From positions 8,165-72,164 of IMG/VR virus record IMGVR_UViG_3300035670_000154: a DNA stretch of 64,000 bases. One strand, 5' to 3'. The translations under genes were made by a program, and so were the position numbers. This stretch comes from a virus. Positions 58,365 through 64,000 of this stretch are shown here, in pieces; the stretch's first letter is position 1; each line of letters starts with the position of its first letter. The notes below the pieces were generated by a model that ran no database searches, was not told the origin of the DNA, and saw only the letters and a program-made list of their open reading frames with translations.

Positions 58365-58766
58365 TCATTCTTTGATCCAATCTTTTAATATTTTAATATT
58401 ATTGCCTTCTAAAACAAATATTGCAGCATCTTGCAGCTCATATCTTGAGAGCATATCAACAATACTCTCATCATCTTTTTTTTCACATATTCTACAGTTT
58501 AAGAAGCGACTGCCGTCATCATTAATTTTAGAATAAATAACTACGTATTTTTTTTGGTTTTTTACCTGTTTTTTTTGTTTTTTTAACAAGTCTTCGGCTG
58601 CGAGGTATTTTAAAAAATTAACAAAATTGGATTTATTTAACCCATTGGCTAGAATAGATACCTCAGCAAAGCGATTAATATGTCTAACTCCTGGTTTTTC
58701 GCCCTCTGCAATTGACAACAGCCTACATAAACTTTCAATGTTGTTTATTTTCGATGAATCCCACAT
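58365..58766 (-). CDS. hypothetical protein
   Basis: GGGGG RBS; 133 aa. Confidence 0.6.
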   Translation of the reverse strand: MWDSSKINNIESLCRLLSIAEGEKPGVRHINRFAEVSILANGLNKSNFVNFLKYLAAEDLLKKQKKQVKNQKKYVVIYSKINDDGSRFLNCRICEKKDDESIVDMLSRYELQDAAIFVLEGNNIKILKDWIKE

Positions 58767-58775
58767 TTTAACCCC

Positions 58776-59129
58776 CTAAATCTTCTTTGCATGTTTATTG
58801 ATATAATCCTGAAGAGGATACATATAATGCGCCAGCGTTGCATATTCATCTATCTTTTCTACACAGCTTATTCGCCAAACTCCGTCTTTTGTATATATAA
58901 AGTTATAATCAGCAAGACCGTTTTGCGCCAAAGCCATGGCATACCCAGTAATGCTATTGTATGTTGTTTTTTTATACGCCTCAAAACAACGTGTTTCTAA
59001 AAAAGAACCATAAAAAACACTAGCTTTCTTTAAAATATAATCGATAAAACTATTCAATCTAAAAAACTCATCTTTAATAAGCTCCACAGACCCATTTTGG
59101 TTTTCCACAGCTATTGAAACTTTAATCAT
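58776..59129 (-). CDS. hypothetical protein
   Basis: AGGGG RBS; 117 aa. Confidence 0.6.
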   Translation of the reverse strand: MIKVSIAVENQNGSVELIKDEFFRLNSFIDYILKKASVFYGSFLETRCFEAYKKTTYNSITGYAMALAQNGLADYNFIYTKDGVWRISCVEKIDEYATLAHYMYPLQDYINKHAKKI

Positions 59130-59503
59130 TTTTTAAACCCCTAAAATATTATCATGATGCCCATTTAATACAAAAAATATGTGGGCACAATAAACACCAA
59201 TTTTTTCTAATTCGCTTTGAATTTCTTCAATGCTTTTTGCACTTATTTTTTTATAACCTGGAACACTAAATGATGTGCCACTTATTCTTGTGTGTGATAT
59301 AGTATAAAAAACCGTAAAATCTCCCATTTCTTCCATTTTAAACCTCACTTTTTAAAAAAAACAACTAGAATTGCCACAACGCAAAGAATCGATATCGCGT
59401 TAAGCAAAAAAAAATCTATTTTATCAATTTTCGGCGGTTTTGGCAAACCAATGCCTTGCTTTATAAAATCGCGTTTAATATGCCTGTTCATTTTATTCCC
59501 CTA

Positions 59504-60025
59504 TTAAAAAACATCATTACATGAAAAAGCCGCTTCTATTTTTTTTATGTTGTCAATACATTTTTCAATTTTTTCTCTGTTAAATTTTACAGTAAAATCG
59601 CGCAGATATAAACTACCACTTACCAACCACTCGTCATTTTCGTATAAATAATTCCATTGTTGATCTGCGACATCCGTGTAAAAATCGCTTTTTAAATTTT
59701 CTGGTATATCTGTCCAGTAATTATCAATTGACAAATCCCTTTTTGCAAACCTGGTAAAACCATTATTCCTTAGCTTTTCTCTGTAATTGTCGCCATTGTT
59801 TTTTTTGAATTTTGGAAAATCCAATCCACCATCAAAAGCATCACCGATTTTTTTATCTAAAAAATACACACATCCGCGCTCTATTAATGCCTCTACTTTT
59901 TCTTTTTCCTTGTAAAACTCATTTAAAACTCGCCCTGTGTGTTCTGGATACCCGTCGCAGGCTACAAATATAGACTCATAAAGCCCATAATTATTTTTTA
60001 TTGCTATCGTCGCTTTTGTGCTCAT
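59504..60025 (-). CDS. conserved phage early hypothetical protein
   Basis: MST.A.IAI..SI....DGYP...G..L...Y pattern. Confidence 0.7.
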   Translation of the reverse strand: MSTKATIAIKNNYGLYESIFVACDGYPEHTGRVLNEFYKEKEKVEALIERGCVYFLDKKIGDAFDGGLDFPKFKKNNGDNYREKLRNNGFTRFAKRDLSIDNYWTDIPENLKSDFYTDVADQQWNYLYENDEWLVSGSLYLRDFTVKFNREKIEKCIDNIKKIEAAFSCNDVF

Positions 60026-60312
60026 TTTTCTATCCTTTCAAAATTTTCCTCATCTAAAAACCTAGGTGCCAGTCCGTCGTATCTATTATAACAGTCCTGA
60101 ACAGATGATATTGCTATATTATTTTTTTCGTCGATCCCAACCATATACACATCTTTGTCTTTATAGCGTTTTATCGGGTTTGCTTTGATTAGACTTTCTG
60201 CCCTTGTTTTGCATTTTTCACTAAGAAAATATTTTATTAAAATCAATTCGTGTTTTCGCTCGTCTGTTTTATTTATAACGTGATAAGCAAACCTGTACAT
60301 TTTAAAACCCAT
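60022..60312 (-). CDS. hypothetical protein
   Basis: 96-aa ORF with ATGA coupling. Confidence 0.55.
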   Translation of the reverse strand: MGFKMYRFAYHVINKTDERKHELILIKYFLSEKCKTRAESLIKANPIKRYKDKDVYMVGIDEKNNIAISSVQDCYNRYDGLAPRFLDEENFERIEK

Positions 60313-60372
60313 TTTAATTTAAAAATCAATAAAAACATTCTAGCATAAAAATATTAGAAAATTTTTCTTTTT

Positions 60373-60684
60373 TTAATTAAAATCAACAACAAAACAATAA
60401 CGCTCAATTGATCTCCTTAGCTGATCCGCTCTCAAATATCGCATTGCGTAATGTTCGCATATTGAATCAACAGCGCTCTCTATTTGATCTTTGTTTGCGT
60501 GGCAAGCGACTAGCTTTTTTTGCCAGTCTTTCTCAAACCCACCATCTCTAAAATGCTCTTTTTGCTGTTTGACAAATTGCTTTACGGCACCCGCCGCTGT
60601 TTTGGCAAAATACACACAGTCACCGTTGTTTAGCACTAAATAATCTAATGTTATTTTGTTTCTTGAATTTTGAATTTTGATCAT
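60373..60684 (-). CDS. hypothetical protein
   Basis: GAGGAG RBS before MIKIQN. Confidence 0.65.
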   Translation of the reverse strand: MIKIQNSRNKITLDYLVLNNGDCVYFAKTAAGAVKQFVKQQKEHFRDGGFEKDWQKKLVACHANKDQIESAVDSICEHYAMRYLRADQLRRSIERYCFVVDFN

Positions 60685-60688
60685 TTTT

Positions 60689-61315
60689 TTACTCCTCATC
60701 CGTTTCTAAGTTATCGCTTATAAATAGCCGAACCGCCTCTGGTAATGCGTCGAACTCAATAAGCGCTCCAAGATGCTCGCAACCTAAATCCAAGCGCGCC
60801 TCAACATTTAAACCAATGCCTTGAGGATGAAAGGGGTTTTGAGATGCTGAAAGCGATTCGTATCGTATATGCTCACCTAATCGGCCTGAGTAAAAGCGGT
60901 TAGGAAAAACAATAGAGTATCTATCCACATAATCGCCATTATCAAAAACAAAGAACTTATTGCGATCATAAATACGATCACCATCATCATCTAAATCAAA
61001 CAAGGGCACAGCTTCTGCGCACTCTTCAAGCTCAAAACTAACACCTTTTCTCATCGCTTCGTAAAGTGTTGTTCTTAATACTTTATAGACTTTCCCACCC
61101 CAGGTGTAATCTTCTGTCGAGTCAATTGGCGGGTGCTCACATACATAAACAAAGCGCCGATCCGCTATTGACCCATTTCTAACAGCGCAAATACCGTTAA
61201 ACATAGGCGCTAAGCCACCATTGCGGCTTGTGGACTCAAACAGCTCAAAAATATCAGAATCTGTTATTTGATCTTTTTCAAAACTCCAATCCATATTGTA
61301 AGTCATATTTTCCAT
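60689..61315 (-). CDS. two-domain fusion: N-half like 61668-62066, C-half like 63209-63529
   Basis: shared TWGG..YK and PLFDLD..GD; shared DN...DRY..VF.NR and S..PF...G.G..HLG..I.F..LP..V..F. Confidence 0.8.
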   Translation of the reverse strand: MENMTYNMDWSFEKDQITDSDIFELFESTSRNGGLAPMFNGICAVRNGSIADRRFVYVCEHPPIDSTEDYTWGGKVYKVLRTTLYEAMRKGVSFELEECAEAVPLFDLDDDGDRIYDRNKFFVFDNGDYVDRYSIVFPNRFYSGRLGEHIRYESLSASQNPFHPQGIGLNVEARLDLGCEHLGALIEFDALPEAVRLFISDNLETDEE

Positions 61316-61667
61316 TTTTTACCCCTAACCTAAAAAACCAATCAAAACTAAACAAGCCAACATTATAGCCGCGCTTATTTTTTGCTCAAATAAAAATTTC
61401 ATCTGCTGTTTTTCTAATCTTGTTTTCATTTTCATTCCTTTTCAAAAATTCTTTTTACTTCGTAAAGAGCGCCCTGTCTTGCTATCAGCCTGCTTAAATC
61501 ACACTCAATTATATTTAATTCCTCTCTTTTTTCCTTGATTTGTCTTTCGCAGTCCTCAATTACGTGCATTAATAGGTCAAGTTTTTTATCTATTTGCATT
61601 TTTTAAGCCTTTCAGTAAAAATTAAAATAATATTATAATAGATATTTGTTAGAAAATTTTTTCTTTT

Positions 61668-62066
61668 TTATTCCCGCCAAACCGCATCACCTTTTTCATC
61701 AAGATCAAACAAAGGTGAAACTTTTGCCGCCCATTCAAACTCAATTTTGCCGCCATTTTCTAGCAAGTTTTGAACATCAGTGTAATGCGCTTTGTACAAT
61801 TCGCCCCCCCATGTTTTGTCACCGTCGTCTGAGATAATTGGCGGACTTGAGCAGATGTAAACCCAATTACCCGTCAGATCGATTGATCCGCTTACAATTT
61901 CACACCAATGATGATCAGGGTTTTCAGAGTGTGGATCAAAATGTGCCCACGAGCCATTGCCTCGCGTTTTTTCAAAAAGGTCATCTGCGTCTTTGTACCA
62001 AAACTCAGATTCATCAGCGGGCAACTCAAAAATCACTTTTTTATCGCCTCTAAAAATCTCATTCAT
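61668..62066 (-). CDS. hypothetical protein (paralog of the 60689-61315 N-domain)
   Basis: AAGGA RBS before MNEIFRG. Confidence 0.75.
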   Translation of the reverse strand: MNEIFRGDKKVIFELPADESEFWYKDADDLFEKTRGNGSWAHFDPHSENPDHHWCEIVSGSIDLTGNWVYICSSPPIISDDGDKTWGGELYKAHYTDVQNLLENGGKIEFEWAAKVSPLFDLDEKGDAVWRE

Positions 62067-62112
62067 TTTATTTTCCTTTAAAAAAATATTTTTAATAAAA
62101 AAATTTATCACG

Positions 62113-62298
62113 TTATCTGTAATAACGCAAACCGTCTTTAGGGCATTTTATCCACTTTTTTAGCGTTCCATCTTTTCTCAAAAAGTCAAAAGCCTTAAAT
62201 TCTTTGTAATGAATCGCACCCCAACCTCTTTTTATTTCGAGTTCGGTTGGGTTTCTATGAGCCTCGATCTTGTCGCTTTCTATTATTTTTCTAAGCAT
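62113..62298 (-). CDS. small hypothetical protein
   Basis: GAGGTG RBS; HRNPT..EI..G.GAIHY..G.LKKW....DGLRYYR. Confidence 0.7.
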   Translation of the reverse strand: MLRKIIESDKIEAHRNPTELEIKRGWGAIHYKEFKAFDFLRKDGTLKKWIKCPKDGLRYYR

Positions 62299-62315
62299 TT
62301 TCTCACCTCAAAAAT

Positions 62316-62609
62316 TTAAATTGAAAAATAAGAAAGCTTGCGTTCTTCATTAAACAATTTAAAAGAAATCTCGTGCGTTAGCCAGAGCCGCATATCCATG
62401 CCACACCCACCAACTAAAACCCCGTCATCGTTGATTCTTAAATCAAGAATTTTCGACACTTGATGCGTGATCTCAATTAAATTGTCGTTTTTAACGACAA
62501 AAACCCTCATTCTGCGACTCAAACCGCTGCGGGCTACTTTTGTAACCAAAACGGCAATCTCTCTTTTTTCGCCTAAAATTGACAAAATTTCATTTTGAAT
62601 ATTTTCCAT
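62316..62609 (-). CDS. conserved phage hypothetical protein
   Basis: VARSGLSRR..GCGMDM motif; GAAAGGG RBS. Confidence 0.75.
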   Translation of the reverse strand: MENIQNEILSILGEKREIAVLVTKVARSGLSRRMRVFVVKNDNLIEITHQVSKILDLRINDDGVLVGGCGMDMRLWLTHEISFKLFNEERKLSYFSI

Positions 62610-62787
62610 TTTTTTTCCCTTTCATTTATTTAAAAAAAATAATTTGTTTATTTGATGTAAAGAATTGTACATGATAGACAGCGTAAATCAAGCAAAATTT
62701 TTTCTTTTTAACCACACAACATAAAAAGAATTTTCTTATTTTCCCAAAGCTAATACAAACACACGCAAGCGCGTGCGGATACCACAA

Positions 62788-63195
62788 TCACACCAAAAAG
62801 TCAATATACATTTTACAAACTTCTTCTAGTGCGTATTTTGCCAAACAGTCAAAAACCATTTTTCTGTGTTTTGATTCGTGATTAAAAAGCCCACAAGCTA
62901 CCTCTAATTCTGATAAACCTGACAATGGCTTAAAATTACACAACATTTCAAGCGGCGAATAGTCAAAAACTGATGATTGACTATTAATTAAACTAATAAT
63001 CTCGTTTTTATTTCTCATTACGAACTCATCTGTATTTTCGTAATAAGTAAACCCATATTCTCCGCCATTCGCGCCGTTTCTTGTAATATCATCAGCCCTA
63101 TCTTTAAAGTTATCCCAACCGCCTATCTGCTCTATGACAGATTTTACTAGGCTTTTTATTTCGTCGTCATTAATGCTGTTTAAAAATTGATCCAT
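62788..63195 (-). CDS. acidic phage early protein (DUF7222-like)
   Basis: D..RNGANGG..GFTYY..T..F...LA..ALEEV. Confidence 0.65.
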   Translation of the reverse strand: MDQFLNSINDDEIKSLVKSVIEQIGGWDNFKDRADDITRNGANGGEYGFTYYENTDEFVMRNKNEIISLINSQSSVFDYSPLEMLCNFKPLSGLSELEVACGLFNHESKHRKMVFDCLAKYALEEVCKMYIDFLV

Positions 63196-63208
63196 TTTTT
63201 AACCCCTA

Positions 63209-63529
63209 TTAAATCAAATTTTGTCTAACAAATTTTTGAACATCAGCAGGCAATTGCTCAAAAGCTATTTTTTTGCCTAAATGCCGCCCGATTATGGCGG
63301 ATGTGTGCATCCCAACCCCAAGATGGTTAAATGGTGAATCGCTCGCGGCTAATGCCTCGCAAACGGGGCGCATCATGTGACGCGTAAATCCCGTTTTTTT
63401 TACAGTTTTCGAGTCGCTTTGATAAGACTCAATGCGATTTTTAAAAACGACTGTGTATCTATCGAAACTCACGCCGCTGTTGTCGTAGCAGATAATAGCG
63501 TTTTTGCGTTTAAAGTTTAAATTTTTCAT
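63209..63529 (-). CDS. hypothetical protein (paralog of the 60689-61315 C-domain)
   Basis: AGGGG RBS; YDN.G.SFDRYTVV. Confidence 0.75.
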   Translation of the reverse strand: MKNLNFKRKNAIICYDNSGVSFDRYTVVFKNRIESYQSDSKTVKKTGFTRHMMRPVCEALAASDSPFNHLGVGMHTSAIIGRHLGKKIAFEQLPADVQKFVRQNLI

Positions 63530-63968
63530 TTTTAACCCCTTTAATTAAATCCATTCATAAAAAAAAATCAATCAATCTCAATAACCGTTATTCTACATTT
63601 TTGGGATAACAAATCAAGCAAAATTTTTTCTTTTTAACCACACAACATAAAAAGAATTTTCTTATTTTCCAAAAGCTAATATAAACAGACGCACGCCCGC
63701 GCGAATACCACAAGCCAAACAAAAAGTCAAATATTTTACACAAAAACCTATCAAAAACACCACAGAATGGCTAAAACCAATTAAAACGCTCTATATTGAA
63801 TTTTATTCTTTTTTAATATAATGACACCAGACACCCATTTTTACGTGCAATTTACCTAGTTTTAAACAGCCTATTTTTTAAGCACAATTTTATCACATAC
63901 CACAATGCAAAATAAAAGTCAATAGTTTAGTTTTGTTATTTTGCATATAAAAAAGCAAAAATATTCTA

Positions 63969-63996
63969 TTGACAATCTACCCCAAAGCTGTATAAT
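63969..63996 (+). promoter_or_regulatory. rightward sigma70-like promoter at the window edge
   Basis: TTGACA-16 nt-TATAAT. Confidence 0.65.
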
Positions 63997-64000
63997 TCAC

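Larger units (their letters stand above)
62685..63713 (-). repeat. about 103-bp direct repeat (62685-62787 / 63611-63713) carrying early-promoter upstream region and -35
   Basis: near-identical copies; TTGATT-16 nt-TACAAT (62664-91) and TTGATT-16 nt-TAGAAT (63590-617). Confidence 0.9.

Noticed and set aside
379-62163. Numerous short antisense or overlapping ORFs in the track (e.g. 379-639, 3591-4121, 18108-18452, 31605-32057)
   Set aside because: They lie opposite well-supported genes and have no RBS or recognisable motifs.
1-64000. CRISPR array, DGR, retron, integrase or transposase
   Set aside because: I found no regularly spaced repeat-spacer array and no RT (YxDD context), recombinase or DDE transposase motifs in the ORFs.
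1-64000. Alternative genetic code (stop-codon reassignment)
   Set aside because: Core genes are full length under code 11, TAA/TAG/TGA all act as stops, and there is no suppressor tRNA. The tRNA at 50921 reads TCT, not CTA, once the 5-bp stem is fixed.

Overview
This AT-rich window is most of a tailed dsDNA phage genome with a contractile tail (myovirus-type: DUF2213 protease, DUF2184-like capsid, DUF3383-like sheath, baseplate J). Spanin-like genes and proteobacterial-type SSB/NrdB point to a Gram-negative host. Layout: nucleotide metabolism (DUF5664, thyA, N6-MTase, nrdAB; 1-8.6 kb); packaging, head, tail and fibres (8.6-35.8 kb); membrane/lysis genes interleaved with a small-gene cassette array (35.9-46.4 kb); recombination/replication (Gp157, PD-(D/E)XK nuclease, Sak4, initiator, DnaC-like, HU; 46.4-50.9 kb); a NARP1-like NAD+ rebuilding pair with three tRNAs (50.9-54 kb); and leftward early genes (54-64 kb). 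I saw no integrase, DNA polymerase, reverse transcriptase or CRISPR array. The best novelty candidate is a non-coding operon at 53.6-54.0 kb with its own promoter and terminator. It holds a four-way-junction RNA, tRNA-Pro, and a tRNA body whose anticodon loop is replaced by a 65-nt structured insert. Other signals: two more small structured RNA candidates, a -1 frameshift in the tail chaperone, repeated [L/F]-x-D-S motifs in head proteins, genes bracketed by duplicated gene ends, a 55-aa fragment resembling a defence-ATPase N-terminus, and a relic of a second Sak4. All family calls come from motif recognition by eye, not database searches.
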